In this document: positions 12,600-26,400 of the stretch, piece by piece
Layout: each line of letters opens with the position of its first letter
How positions within the stretch are numbered: the first letter of the stretch is position 1
NCBI GenBank assembly: GCA_052426225.1
Contig: JBNJNM010000014.1
Span: 186,001-250,000, forward strand
DNA length: 64,000 nt
Source of the DNA: Zancudomyces culisetae HAW-14-8
Lineage: Eukaryota; Fungi; Kickxellomycota
Direction of reading: 5' to 3'
Notes under the pieces: generated by a model
What the model saw: the letters and a program-made list of their open reading frames with translations, nothing else
What the model was told of the DNA's origin: nothing
The model's database searches: none
Made by a program: the position numbers and the translations under genes

Positions 12600-14921
12600 T
12601 TATTTGCCCTCAATAGAGGCTAGGTAGTCATTATGAATCTTTGTATGGTTGTCATAGAGCTTTTGGAGTTTTTTTACCTTGCTTTTTGACAAAGGCTTTC
12701 CTTCTAAATCAGTCAATGGAAACCCGTTCAGGTCAAAAGAGGAAAACTCGACACCACGACCACCAGTGGTAAAGTATTGGTGTGGTGGAATCTTGGCCAG
12801 CTCAAGCTTATCGACCTTGCGCTGCTGAGCAAGCTGTTTGGCGGCCTTTTTTTGGTCTTCAGCCTGTAGCTGCTGCTGCTGTTGTTGTTTGAGGTATGCA
12901 GGGTCGACGAGTTTGATAAGGGCGGGGCCAGATTCCTGGTCATCAAGAACCACACCGTATTTGGTCAGTTCGGTATCACGGAAAGTATCACAGAGCCCCA
13001 AAATATCAGAGTTTTTAGCGATCTTTGCAGCTTGGCGGACCTGGTCACGGAAAGTAGAAAAGGTAGTAAGATATGGAAGCAGCAGAGAAGAGTGGTCGAT
13101 TGCAGCAGTAGAATCAGGAGCTGATGAAGAAGTCGAGGTAGAAGTAGAAGTAGAGGTAAAAGATACACCAAAGACATCAAAGATAAAAGTAAGGTATTTG
13201 GAGATGGAGAGGAGAGGAGAAGGAGAGAACGACGTGGAGGACAAGTAGATGTTGGCCTTGTTGATAAGAGAAAGAAGCAGTTTCAGAACCGAGGGAGTAT
13301 CGAAACTGTCGCAGAGAGCAGAGTGTACAGCCTGCTGAGTGTTAAACAGGTCAGCGATGAGATCAGCCTCGGCAGAATTGTGGTCATGAGAGGTAGAAGA
13401 GGCGGAGGGAGGAGCAAACGAGCGGATTTTGGCATCGAGATTGGTGAAAAAGTTGAGGACAAACGACTCGGCAGAAATGGCTTCGTGCAGCGACGAGGGC
13501 TTGAAGTCGCAAGGAGCATCCCAGCGCTGGTTGAGAAAATAGAGACGCAGCTGGCGAGGAGAATACAGGTTGAGAGCTTCTTTGATGGTGATGAAATTTT
13601 TAAGAGACTTAGACATCTTGAACCCTTGGATGTGCAAGTGGCCGGTGTGCAAAAAGTAGTTTACCCACTGCTGGCTCTCAAAATGCGCCTCTGCCTGAGC
13701 AAGCTCGTTGTCGTGGTGAGGAAAAGCCAGATCGATTCCTCCTGAATGGATGTCCAACTGCTCGCCCAACACGTGACTGGCCATTACGCTACATTCAATG
13801 TGCCATCCTGGCCGTCCCTTGCCAAACTTGCTATCCCAGTATGGCTCGCCCGGCTTCGATGCCTTCCACAGCGCAAAGTCTGCCTTGCTGCGCTTACCTT
13901 CCAGCTTGCTTCCCAAACTACCTTCTCCCTCTTCAAGCAGCCCGCTGTTGTCCTTGCTCTTTGGCTCTAGCTTGGCGTAGGTGTGGCTATTTTTGCCGTC
14001 GAACTCTCCTACTGCAAAGTATACCGATCCGTTGGCCTCGTATGCATATCCGTTTTTGATGATTCGGTCAATATACTGCTCAATCTCTGGAATAAACTCT
14101 GTCACCCGTGTTAATACGTCTGGTCTGGCTACGTGCAGGCTATCCATATCTGCCATAAAATCTGCCTCCCAATACTCTGTAAATCTTTTGAAGATTTGTG
14201 GCTCCAACTCCATGTTTGCGTATTTCTTATCCACCCCCTTGGCCACTATATCTTCTCCAATCGCCCTCACCACCTCCTTTGTTTCTTTGCCTCTGCTTTT
14301 TAAAAGTTCCTCCCATCCCTTTAGCACTTTTTCCATTTCTTTATTGTCTGAATTAATCTTGAACAGCTCCTCAACCTGCTTTACAAGTTCCTGAACCTCC
14401 CTGAATTGCTCCACCTCCTTGATCTTATCCCGTGCATATTCCCCCAACATCCCCTTCAATTCCTCCTCCACTTGCTCGTTCACCTCTCCATGCTCGCTGA
14501 TGTATTTCTCAACCAGATGTCTTTGTCTCCCCCGAACAATAATCTTATCATCAATGTCTGTAATATTCATCACCATGTATACCTGGTATCCGAAATACTT
14601 CTCCATTACTCGTCGCAGGATATCTGTTGAAACATAGTTTCTTGCATGTCCCAGATGTGAACTGTCGTATACTGTGGGCCCACACACGTACCATTTTATC
14701 AAATTCCCATTAATCGCTACAAACTCATCCTTTCGTTTCGTCAAACTGTTGAACACCTTGAGCTTTTGTTGCTCTCCATCTTTTGTTCTTGGCGAGGGTT
14801 TGATCCAATAGTTTCTCTCACCCATCCTGTGTATCCCTGTGTAATTATTTGAAATGCCCTTGTATATGCTTCTTATTCCGATTACCTTACTCAATACTCT
14901 CCCGCGCTGGATATTGAGCAT
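12600..14921 (-). CDS. CRS1: Cysteinyl-tRNA synthetase, intronless, probably with a mitochondrial presequence
   Basis: WYVCGPTVYDSSHLGHAR (HIGH motif), MNITDIDDKII, DFALWK, GRPGWHIECS, DIHSGGIDLAFPHHDNE, KMSKS. Confidence 0.97.
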   Translation of the reverse strand: MLNIQRGRVLSKVIGIRSIYKGISNNYTGIHRMGERNYWIKPSPRTKDGEQQKLKVFNSLTKRKDEFVAINGNLIKWYVCGPTVYDSSHLGHARNYVSTDILRRVMEKYFGYQVYMVMNITDIDDKIIVRGRQRHLVEKYISEHGEVNEQVEEELKGMLGEYARDKIKEVEQFREVQELVKQVEELFKINSDNKEMEKVLKGWEELLKSRGKETKEVVRAIGEDIVAKGVDKKYANMELEPQIFKRFTEYWEADFMADMDSLHVARPDVLTRVTEFIPEIEQYIDRIIKNGYAYEANGSVYFAVGEFDGKNSHTYAKLEPKSKDNSGLLEEGEGSLGSKLEGKRSKADFALWKASKPGEPYWDSKFGKGRPGWHIECSVMASHVLGEQLDIHSGGIDLAFPHHDNELAQAEAHFESQQWVNYFLHTGHLHIQGFKMSKSLKNFITIKEALNLYSPRQLRLYFLNQRWDAPCDFKPSSLHEAISAESFVLNFFTNLDAKIRSFAPPSASSTSHDHNSAEADLIADLFNTQQAVHSALCDSFDTPSVLKLLLSLINKANIYLSSTSFSPSPLLSISKYLTFIFDVFGVSFTSTSTSTSTSSSAPDSTAAIDHSSLLLPYLTTFSTFRDQVRQAAKIAKNSDILGLCDTFRDTELTKYGVVLDDQESGPALIKLVDPAYLKQQQQQQLQAEDQKKAAKQLAQQRKVDKLELAKIPPHQYFTTGGRGVEFSSFDLNGFPLTDLEGKPLSKSKVKKLQKLYDNHTKIHNDYLASIEGK

Positions 14922-15473
14922 TAATTTCGATGTTTGACAATCCCTTTTTTCCTTTTAATTGAATATTACTTTTTTTCAATTTTCAATTTTTTTCGTCCTA
15001 CAATTATTTTATTTATTTATTTATTTATTTGTTTAGTTTAGTTTAGTTTAATGATTTTTTTTTTTTCCAAATCTCCAAAATCATAATGACAAATAATTTA
15101 AAAAGTTTACTGGAGTTTAATTCGCTCGCACATTAAGCGCAAAATTTTTTATATACATAATATATATATATTTTTTTCGCTTATTTTTCAATAACTCTTC
15201 TCCAGTTTCAAATGAGCTGGATTCAATCAATCATTCAATAATTCAATATTAGCAAAAAAAAATCAAAATTAAAAGAATTTTTATTTTTTTTTACATTTTT
15301 ATTTTATTTTATTTTTGATCTAGTAAATACAACATTGTTAACCAGAAAAATCAAAAGTAAACTTGTGGAAAAAGACAAAACTTTTGTTTCTCGAATTTTA
15401 AAGACTTTTTTTGTTTTTTTTTAATAACGTGCTTGGTTATTTTTTCTTAATATTTAATACTTAATACTGAAAA

Positions 15474-18400
15474 ATGCCGAAATCTAGCAAAAAGAAAAGA
15501 CAGGCCAAAGTTGCCGATTTCCAAAAAGTCAAATTGAAATTGGGTAAAAAAAAGCCCATGACCAACAACTATACCGACACATCTTTTACTTCCAAATGTA
15601 AGTACAATTCTTCTCTTTTTTTCTTGTCTCTTTTTTTTCTTATCTCTCCCTCTCTCCCTCTCTATTTGATTACATATTTTGTAAGCTCAAGAAAACACTT
15701 GTTGATTTAATAATCTAATCGTGTTATTTTACCCCCTCCCCCCTCCCTCTCGCTCTTGATTTCATTAGCTATTCACCTGCCAACTCAAAACATTAAAGAG
15801 GTTACTGACGATGACATACTCCGAAACAAACAAAATCTTACCCTTGACGAGGTGCTTACCAGAATAAAACATTACAATGCTGGTGTTAGAAAAGGTATCT
15901 TTAACTTTATCTTGTTTTATCTCCATGGTGTTTTTCTCTTGAAAATATCTACCTTTTACGCTGTTATAAAAAAAAAAGTAGTTTTCTGTGGTACCAAGTT
16001 TTCGAACCTTATATAGACTCCAACTAATATCAAAAAATAATTTTATTTTGTATGTAGAGGGAGTACATGGCCTTATTGATATAATCAAAAGACATCCTAT
16101 AGTTTTAAAAAGAGAACTGGAGAAAATCATCCAGGGAACAGCCAAACTAATTATCGATACCGAATACGAAGTCAGGAAAGCAAACGGTGAATTTGTGGCC
16201 GCGTTGTACGAAAGCACTTTGAATACAGACATCCAGGTATTTGTAAAAATACACATGGCTTACGTATTACTTGGGATGTCTCATATTTCTGAAGATATTA
16301 GAGAGGAATCGTTGAAGATTATGAATGTGATGATTAAATACCAACCCGATGCAATGGCCAGCTTCTCTGAAAAGGTTAGTTGTGTATAATTTACTCTTAC
16401 GAATTGTATTTTCTCCTGTTTAAATTAGCTATTAACCAAATATTCTAGTAGTATTATACACTACCATGCTTGTCAACTATCCAATTTAACTAACCTGAAC
16501 CGACTAATTACTAAAATAGATTCTTCCGAATTTCTACACTTTACTCTCAACACAATCTAAAAGTGCCAATCCAAATAGTGGTAAGTATATTGATTTTCAT
16601 TCCCCCCCCTCTCCCTTCCTCTCTCTTTCAATTAAATATTAAATAATCAATGTATTCTCTTTTTGTATGTATCTGAAATGCTTTACTTGACTCTTTTTTT
16701 TAATTTTTTTTTTACTGTTAGATAAAAAAATGGCGGTCAATACAAATATAACTTCGATAAGTGTAAGATACATTTAATTTTGTATATTTTAAAAGACCAA
16801 TGTATTTTTATATGTTTTATTTTTTATGTTCATAACCCAGCACCCCTTCCTCCTCCTCCACCTTTTCCCCCATAAATGCAAATTTACTTGAATTTAGCTT
16901 TTTTATTTGTAGACTAAGGCCGAAATATTGAACAGTTTTTATAAATACCTGCGACTTATTTTAAAAGATGACAAGTAAGAAGAATTATATTAATTTATCA
17001 AAATGAAAAAAAAGGAAAAAAGAAAAAGTGAAAAAAGAGTTTAGAAAATACCAATAATATCTTTGTGTTTTTAAAGTAGGAAAAATCATAAACAAAACAT
17101 ATTCCAAGAGAACCGCACATATACATGGATGTACACTCAAAAGGACAGCTATAATGTTGAAGCTAACCAAACGGACTACTCTGAACTAAACTTGTTTGGT
17201 GAAAAAATGAACAACCAAGAGCTTCTGTCTAGCAGCAAGTCCCTGATGAAGAGCAGTGAAGACATGAACAAGGAGGTTGCGTCGTCGATTTTAACCAACA
17301 TATTCCCGTCGTTACAGGCAATATGGATTGAAACTGCCAGTCTATCCTTTGGAATTAGCGGTGACGAAGCTCATCGCAACGCTGCGGTCAATGTCATTGA
17401 AATTATGGAGCTTCTACTAAGGTTTTCACGCGCCGATTTTATTACCCAAATCTACCAATATTTGAGTTCTCCTGGCCCGGTGTCAAAACCCGTTGCCACT
17501 CTTGGCTCGTACCAAATCTTTTTGTTGCTGCGTTCGTTTTTCTTGTATTTCCCGTTTTCTAAAACGGGCTCTCAACCAAACTCACTGGTTCGCGCCGACA
17601 TCTCACTTATTTCTATAACTTCCACGCTTGCCACTCAACTCACCTCCTTTGCTCCTATCAATTCGGATGTTTTTACTGACCTTATGTCCGAAATTCGGAG
17701 CTGGTTCGATCTGGTTTCATTCCATGTCTCTGAATCATTTGACTCGTTAATTGTAAGTCTTTTTCTTTTTCTTTTCTCTTTTTCTTTATCTTTTTCTTTA
17801 TCTTTTTCTTTATCTTTTTCTTTATCTTACCTTAACGGCTCAATTATATCCCCCATACCCTTGTAGAAATCTTATTCAAATTCTCTTTCTGGTGATACTC
17901 TGCAACTTTCTTCGTCGAATTTGCTAACTCGGCTGCTAACTTCCATCAACTCGATTCTTTTCTTTTCGCCCTCTTCCTCTACCAGAAAAATCAACACTAA
18001 ACTCTTGAACGTAAGTTATTTTTCATTTTTCATTTTTATTTCTACTGGGATTCATCATTTAAAGCAGAATTAATTCTAACACTTTAATCAAACTACATCT
18101 ATTCTTTCAAAAAGGCTATTACCACCTCGTGCATGAAGCTCCCCAGCTCATTGTTTATCAAATCCGATCTGATATTTTTTATCAACTCGGTTGTCACGGT
18201 AAAGTTTATTTTCGCACTTTTTTTTTTCTTTTTTTTTTTTCCAACATATATTTCTAACTTTGATCTTTTACATTTTAAACGCTAGAAATGGATCTCGATC
18301 AGCTTTAAACCCCCATTTCTTGCTTGCTCCACTGATACCGTAGTAAAAAGTTGGATTTTATCTCTTCCAAAGCTGTTATGGCAATACAAAACTTCAGACT

Positions 18401-18880
18401 TGGCGCTAACTGAGGTATGTCAATAAATTTTGGCGCTCCTTTGTATTCTATTTTTTCATTTCCAAACTATTTAATACATGTATTTATGCATTTATTGTCA
18501 TTTAGGATATCTTGTCAGTGTTGAGCCAGTGCTGTAAATATTCAAAGCTACTCTTTGTTACTGATTCGGACCTTGGCCTATTCCAAAAATCATTGGTTCC
18601 CTTCTTCCACGTTTATTTACCCCGCGACAATAACCGTAAGCTTCTCTTTATTTTGATGTATTCATTGGTAAAATTAGTATTCCACACCTTTTCTGCTGGT
18701 CTGCTGGACATAATAAGTTGCCTTCAGTTTCATGAGATATTTGTACTTTGTTTAGGTTCTATATTTGGCCCATATATCAATTTGCCAACCTCCTTGCAAC
18801 TTAAATCAACAGATATGCTGAGCTACCTGAATCCTCTTGACAATAACTTATCCAAGGCTGTGGAACTCTGTACAAGATGA
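15474..18880 (+). CDS. IPI1: Pre-rRNA processing factor Ipi1/TEX10 (Rix1 complex), ~12 exons
   Basis: N-terminus KKKRQAKVADFQKVKLKLGKKK...NYTDTSFTSK/SIHLPTQNI matches the Ipi1 N-terminal signature. In-frame GT-AG introns include 15598-15768, 15895-16057, 16375-16519 and 16581-16721; stop at 18880. Later exon boundaries are approximate. Confidence 0.8.
17777..17824 (+). repeat. Intronic 12-bp tandem repeat (TCTTTTTCTTTA)x4
   Basis: Visible directly; follows the GTAAGT donor at ~17753. Confidence 0.8.
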
Positions 18881-20681
18881 TTTATTGTTACTTTTTGTTT
18901 GTTCTCTTGTAAATAGTATATGTTGCTTTATTCTTACTCAAACCACCAAAAAAAAAACGATATAACCTTCCCAAATCTGTCCATACATTTATTTTTTTTA
19001 AAGTTGGGTGAGTTTAGCAAGGTACAGGACTTTATGTTGAGGTATAAAATTTTATGAAACAGATTGAATTAGATCAGACAGAATAAATACCGACATACCA
19101 TACCATACCATTACCATACATTATAGAGCACTCAACTCGGTCAAAATAAAAAAAAACAAAACAAAAAAAAAACACTTGGATTAACACCAATAAACAGTGG
19201 AAGCGGATGCTATTAGCTCAACTGTTCATTGTTTTTCCACTGATCACTTTGTATCACTAGGCACAGTACTCAAAAGCTGTCATTAACTTTTTTTTTTAAA
19301 TACCAGGTTCCGCAATTACCATTGAAATATAGTTTGTTTGTTTGTTTTTATTCTTTGTCAACGATGAGAATAATCTTTCATAAAACGTTGATATTTTTGA
19401 TAAAGTAATACCACATAATACCATGGTTTACTGCGCGGAGGGGGGAGGGGGGGTTTGTGTACTCTTGCTGTGTACATTAACACTAATTACAATTCAAGAT
19501 ATTCGGCTCATTTTTGAGTTTGTATGAATATACCCCATCCACCCTGTTCCAAAAATCTGCGTTTCGACTAGATGTTGATCTTTTCAGCAGTAACTGCTTT
19601 TTTATTTCCACTGTTTTGCTCCAACTTTTGTCTTTATTTTTGTTTTTGCCCTTTTTTTTTTTACTCCTTGTTAATAGCAGCTGTTTTACAATTCATTTAG
19701 CACTTTTATGCAATCTATTTCCATTTACCACTTGAAATCCCTACTTTAATTTATTTAAAACTAAAAATTATCGAGTTATGTAATCAATATTATTTCTTCA
19801 AATAGATTTATTCCCTTTGCTAAATTGAGAAATAAACTATTTATAGAACCAAGTAATGTAGCCCGTTTTATCCGACAATTATTTTTAGCGACAAAAACGT
19901 GATATCCCACCTCCCCCCCTCCGACTCCCACTTCCACTCCCACTTCTCTCCCCCCCGTTCAGAAGCAACACAGAAATCAATCACTTCTTTTACTTGACCC
20001 GTCAAGTACATATAGCTGTATTTTTTTTTAGAAGCAGAAATTATTAATTCAAAATCCATCCGCTTTCAAGTTGGGACGTTGATTTACGTAACATTGTGAA
20101 TATTCTGGGATCACACAGGCTAATATTGCCCTATATTTGTGTACGGTCTATTTTTGTCCTCTTGAATTACCTTTATTCAGATCATTTTTTTGAAAAAAAA
20201 TAAGAAAAAAAAAAAGCTCAGTGACTTTGAATTGGTAGCTCGAATTTCAAAACATGGGATAAGCTTTAATCCTTAAACTGACTTATTTATGCTTGTTACT
20301 TTTTTTAACGTTATCTTGTTTTATAATTACATGATTAACTAGTAAACTTCTACTTTAGTGTAATAAAACATTTAATACTCATAAACGGAAAGATATTTGA
20401 TTTCAACAAAGCGTATTCCCACCTACACGAACAACTATTTAGCTGAAAACAGCAAAATATAGAAATACAGAAATATACTTTTCTATCATTTTTGTTTGGG
20501 CGCATCAATCAAAGAGAAACACGGTTCGCTATTAATATAAGGGACAATCTTAATTACTCTGTGGTACTATCTAGGTAGAATTTAAAAACGACTAGACTCT
20601 CTTGTTTGTAAATATCTACCCAAAACAAAAGGTTCAATATAAAGGAAAAAGAAACCCGTTGCAATCTTGCAGAAATAATTC

Positions 20682-23030
20682 ATGAGTGCTCAAATAAGTA
20701 GCCCAGAAAACGTTCGAGTAGAAAGAGGGCGTAGAGGCTCAACAAGGAATAAAGGTGAGGTTATTAGTATTTTTCTAGTTTGCTTTTTCTGCAATTGAGC
20801 ATCTTTATCTGCTCAATTGTAGCGAAACTTTCATCTGATTCTGCCAGGTTTGAACAATGCTAAAATATTGGCACAACCATTTAATAGACCTTGCCGAAGG
20901 TAGGGATGGGTCTCAGAGTATAGATTTACATTCTGGCGTGTCCAAGCTCGGTGAAAGTTCACACCCAATGATGAACAATAATCGTAATTAGCTTAAGCCC
21001 TTTTTGTTCCCCTTTACCTTCAAGAATCGCTACTAGAAGACTTCCAACCTAACTTTATGAATTTTATTTAAAATAGACACATCGGATACTCTAGTTGGCC
21101 ATAATAAAGAGTACCTCGATAAAAGCATACTCGATGATAGTAGCTATCATAACACAGAATATGACAATATCAATCTTAAAAAGTTGGGTGGTGGTGTTCC
21201 CGCAAGATTTTCACCTTTTGATGATTCTGAAATGAATACAGGAGCGTATAAGAATAGCAATTCTGGAGTTGTAATGGAAAGCGATTCAGTTGGGAATTCA
21301 GGAAACACAATCAGACTTCAAAAATCCAAGCGGCTATCAAAACTTAAGGATATAATAAACGATAACAATTTTGATAAAAAGAACGATGATTACAGAGAAC
21401 TTGATAATGCAGGAAGAGTATCTGAAGAAAGTACCGATTTTGTTGATGATCAAGAGTTTTTTTTCAACGATGGACAGCAATATATATCGCCTGCCAAAGC
21501 ACCGCTTTCCACATACTCTACTGTTTTGTTGTACATGTAAGTAATACGCTTATATTCAATCTCTAGCTCTTCCTCTCTTATTTTTTTTTTAATTCAGTCC
21601 AAAATCGTATAGGGTCTCAAAATAACAAAAAAATTTTTTTTGTAAAACTAGATGTGTAGGAATGACTTCAGGAGCCTTGCAACTTCCCTTTGCCTTTTCC
21701 ACTGGCGGCTGGTTTACTATTTTTATAATATTTTTCACTGGAATAGTCTCGATTATTTCCGGTGCTATGGTGTTTCAATGTGTTCAATTCAACCAGTAAG
21801 TCTTTTGACTAACAATTTTGTTAAATAATAAGTATTTAACAGGCTATTGTTTCTCGCCTTTTAGTTTATATATGTTTATGGTTTATTTAAATCCGCCATA
21901 CTAATCTGTACCCATAACACGTACCAACAAAAAATAGAGGTCCTAGTGCTAGAAACTTACACGATGTAGCCAAGCTAGCGTTTGGGAGATCAGGGTATAT
22001 TTTTACCCTTTTCATAGACAACATCTACATTATCTCATCGTGCGTCTCATTCTTGAATGTAATCGGTGCCATATCTACCAAATTATTTTCGGTGAACCAC
22101 GAAAGCTTGGATGTTAGGCTTTGGATGCTTATATTTTCTACTGGTGTCTTGTTTCTCTTTGTGGTGTTCAAGCGATTTATAAACTTTGCCAAGATAGGAG
22201 TACTGGGCGGAATATTTGCTGTTATAGCGATGATTATGTTGGCGATAATGGGTTTTACTATTAGAGGCAATTTTGACTTTACTTCGGTGCTTGAGGCTTA
22301 TTATGACCAGTCACGGATCAGAATTAGCAGCACAAATAGTCCGATTCCCAACACCACCTTTATTTCAATCAGATTTCCGGTAACCCTAGGATGTGCAGCA
22401 TATGCATTTGGTGGCACCCCGATACACCCAATCATTCAACAAAACATGTTGTTCCCTAAAAGCTGGCCCGTAGTTCTACTGTTTGGATCGCTGGCAATGT
22501 CGGTGGTTTATGCTCTCTTTGGTTCTGGCATTTACTACTACATTGGGGATGGAGGGTCAATAGCCAATGTTCCCTACCAACACCCATACAATCCTCTAAC
22601 AATAGCTACGTATCCATTTATTCTCTTCCACGCAATCATAATGGTGCCAATATATTTCTATGTTATTTCATTTGATTGGGAAACGGCATTTAACATGCAC
22701 CGAATAGTCGTTGCTCGACGAGCAGTTTCACTCAAAATTCTCCGCATTGCACTCAGATCCTGCTTGTGGCTTGGAGTTCTTTTTTGCGCTGTTGTAATAC
22801 CTCGCTCGTTTGCTGTATTCAACACGCTATCCATATTCAGCTCCAGCTTTGCACTGTATATCATCCCAGCAGCTTGCTATCTTCATTTATATGGTTGGAG
22901 ATCCTGCAACATTGTTGAGAAAATTGGCTCCGTAGTTGTGATATTCGTAGGAATATCAACTCTAATTTTTGGAACGTTGGGCTCCTTGCTTTATGTGCTT
23001 TATGGTTCTAGATCTAACCCACAATTTTAA
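20682..23030 (+). CDS. Amino acid transporter, AAAP/Aa_trans (Avt-like) family, multi-exon
   Basis: Hydrophilic N-terminal exons, then STYSTVLL..CVGMTSGALQLPFAFSTGGWF (TM1 signature), a TLHDVAKLAFG segment and multiple TM helices in 22053-23030 (AYAFGGTPIHPIIQQNM). The start at 20682 is tentative. Confidence 0.8.
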
Positions 23031-23488
23031 GCTTATTTATATTAACATTATTTATTGCTTTATATGTAACTTTTTTTTTAAATAAAATCAACAAAGTGAA
23101 TTTTGACTAGATTTTTCTTGGTGAAAGTCTGATTTTCATTATGGCTTTGGTAAAATGATGAGGGTTCGTTGGAAGATGTAGAAAGTTATAATATGTGTAA
23201 AGCTTGCTATATTAGTATTAGCACATCCGTGAGTACAAGTAGCTTGATTAAAACAACTCGCCTAGAGGCTATAAACCTGACAAAGTAAGTATCAATAGAA
23301 ATACTCGGTAGTATGTGTTTACCTAGTTCAAATTACAATGAGATTTGAGTTTACAGCTGAAACCACGTATGTTACTTTTCCGCATGTAAATTGAGTTTAG
23401 CCACTAACGGCAAATTGTTGTATTTATTTGCGATTAGCTTCAGTAAATGTAGTTTAAAAAAATGTATAAAGCAAATGCAAAAATAAAC

Positions 23489-26400
23489 TTATAAAAGTGC
23501 AAATAGTTCATTTCTTATCGTTTCATCTAGACTATCATTATAATCAAATATCAACTGTAGTAGAGATTTATTTTTATGTGCGATCGCAGCCATAATACAC
23601 TGATTTAGTACACCATCCAAACTACAATCACATTTCAGTAAGAGTTCTGCAATATCTTTTCTATTTTCTTGGAATGTTTCCAATAGAATAAAGGACTCGA
23701 CAAGTATCATAGTGCTCCCTTCATCTGAATTGTTAGTTTTATCAAAAGTTATGGTTTTTATAGCCCTATCAAAAACAAATTTTGTAATATTCCTTGTCAG
23801 ACCAGCGTCACCAAACACAGGAGATAGGACTGTCGATGTTTTTTTGAGAATATGTGTATATGGAACTAGTTCAGGTATCCACGCACCATTATTTATCAAA
23901 ATTTCAAAGCTACCAAACTTTTTGTTTTCGAGTGATTCTCTAAGCCCGTTGTACGTTGTATTCTCAACTTTCGCACCATGTTCTAGAAGTAATTCGATGA
24001 TCTCGACATTTCCGTGACTGGCTGCTTCAGGTATTCCGGTATATTCTTCATTATCTAGTTTAGCGCCATGTTTTATCAGCAATCTAACCATTTCAAGATT
24101 ATTATTTTGGCATGCTTCTTTTATCCCATTCTGTTTGTATGTTCTAAGATTCAACTCTTTACTTAGGAGCCATTTGAGCATACACATATTGTTAACTTCA
24201 CAGATATTTCGAAGTATTATACCACGTCTATCATCGTGATAGTAGTAGTCATTTCTGTTCAATATTCCATTCATTATTTCTCTATTATCATTCTTTGCAA
24301 TAGCCTTATAGTAGCTTTCAGTATGAACACATAATTTTGAGTCTACGCTCAAAATAAGCTTGGCGATATATGTATCATTTGCAACACACGCTTCATAAAA
24401 CCCACTTTTACAACAATTTATCGGTTTGACGCGGTAGTCTAGCAGTGCTATAATCAGCTCTCTGTTTTTTGTTCTAAACAATTCAGAATAGTCAGTGGAA
24501 GCATAACGAAGCTTATCATAAGTTTTCGTGTTTATAATTCTCAACATTTCAATATTCTGGTTGGAAACCACTTTTTTAATTGCCTCGTTATCAATACACG
24601 AGTGGTTTGCATCATTAGTAGACAAGAGTTTAAATAGTTCAGTGTTATTGTTGTTTACTGTATCCAATAACCCATTAAAATCAGGTTTGACCGATGAGGG
24701 CCATATATCCCTACGAATAAGAGTCTGTACTAACTCAGTATTTCCAGCGTTAGAAGCATACTGGAACCCACGGAATGTTTCATAATTTATATTCACACCC
24801 TTTTCAAGTAAAAAGTTGACAATTTCAAGACTGTTGTTTTTACAGGCAATTTTCAGACCGTTGAACAAATCTTGCTTAATATCGAAACCAAGGCGAAGTA
24901 GCGTGGAAATTAAGTTTATACTATTAAGTTCACAAGCCATATCAGCCAATTCTGTCGAATTGTACGAAACGCCTATCCCATTATCAAGAAGTAAAGCTAC
25001 CAGCTCACAGTTCTTGTGTTCAACTGCATGTACAAATCCACATTCGTTAGCATTAAAGGAATCACTCTTGCTAAGCAACAGTTTTGCAATTTCCAAATTA
25101 TTGTTTTTACATGCTATCTTGATACAATCAGATACATCTTTGAAACCAACTCTTGCAAACGACAAATATTTCAAGTGCGCAATATCATTGAATTCACATG
25201 CTATTGTAATCATCTTGTCACAATGTTTTTCAAAATTTCCACCATTTTCAATAAATGGCTGCAAATTACAGATAGTTTTGGGTACATGTCGTAATACCAC
25301 GCTTGTACCGTCGTGTTTTGCTCCAAGCCCATGATTTATGAGTATTTTTAGTATATTCTGCCTCAAAACATCTATTTCTTCTATTATTTGTTGATAATAC
25401 TCATCGTTCACATTATTAGACTGATTTACTTTATTGATAATTGCTAATATTCTAACTTTCTGATCCGTTTCTGCTTGAGCAATAGCAGGTGTATTGTTTA
25501 TAATCGAAACTAAAAGTTCTCTCAATATGACCAAATAGCTATAATGTTCTTTATATTCCTTATTGTAGAATAACAGTTTCAACTCAATATCAATTTTCTC
25601 AAGCATATCATTAATCTCGCCATTGGAAAGTAGGTCAACTATTGTCTTGTAACCTATACAGTTTTTTTCAAAAGTAAAAAACTCGCAATGGTCACATAGG
25701 AATGTTAGTATCTGTTTGAAATTGCTAATATCTGCCTTATCGTCCGGTGATATAGTTATTTGTTTTCCTGGAAACAATCGATTCAGGATCTGGTAGCCTT
25801 TGTCTCTCACAACTTCAGTTAAACAACAATTCTCATTTCCCTCCAATGTAGCACTCATTTCAAATAACCTTTCTACCAGTTTCAGCTCAAGGTTACTACA
25901 TGCAATTCGTAGAGCATAGTTTTTTGGTTCAATAACGTTCACACCAGCATTCAATAGCTTTATCAACAGAACTATATCATCTGATAAATATATTCTTGAT
26001 AACAGGGTGCTTATTTTGTCTTTAGAATACTCCAACTTCAAATATACGTTAGTGAGAAGATCAATATCGTGAGTTATTGCAACCACATCAAACACCAGTT
26101 CCTTATTGGTCTCAAATAACTTGTGGCTGATCAAAGCTCTTGTTAATCCTGGCCGATTTTCTATAATCGAAATGTAAATAGAAAAGAGATACACCTGGTT
26201 CAAACCCAAGTCGACCTCTTTTGTCAGTACATTAAACTTTTGGAGTTTCATTTTCATGAAATCGTTGGTACCAAGTTCGGTGACTATATATTCAAAATCG
26301 AATTTATACTCAATGTCTATCATGTACAACATAATGTCAAGTCGATTGAGTGAAATGGAATTGTAGATTTTGTGCACCAGATAATATCCCATAATGAGAT

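Noticed and set aside
12728-14637. Many antisense and alternative-frame ORFs over CysRS, including a poly-Cys one
   Set aside because: Shadows of a GC-richer gene; the poly-Cys is the reverse complement of the poly-Gln CAG run.
15139-15220. RRPE/PAC-like motifs upstream of IPI1
   Set aside because: AAAATTTT is expected by chance at this AT content, and there is no exact PAC (GATGAG) match here.
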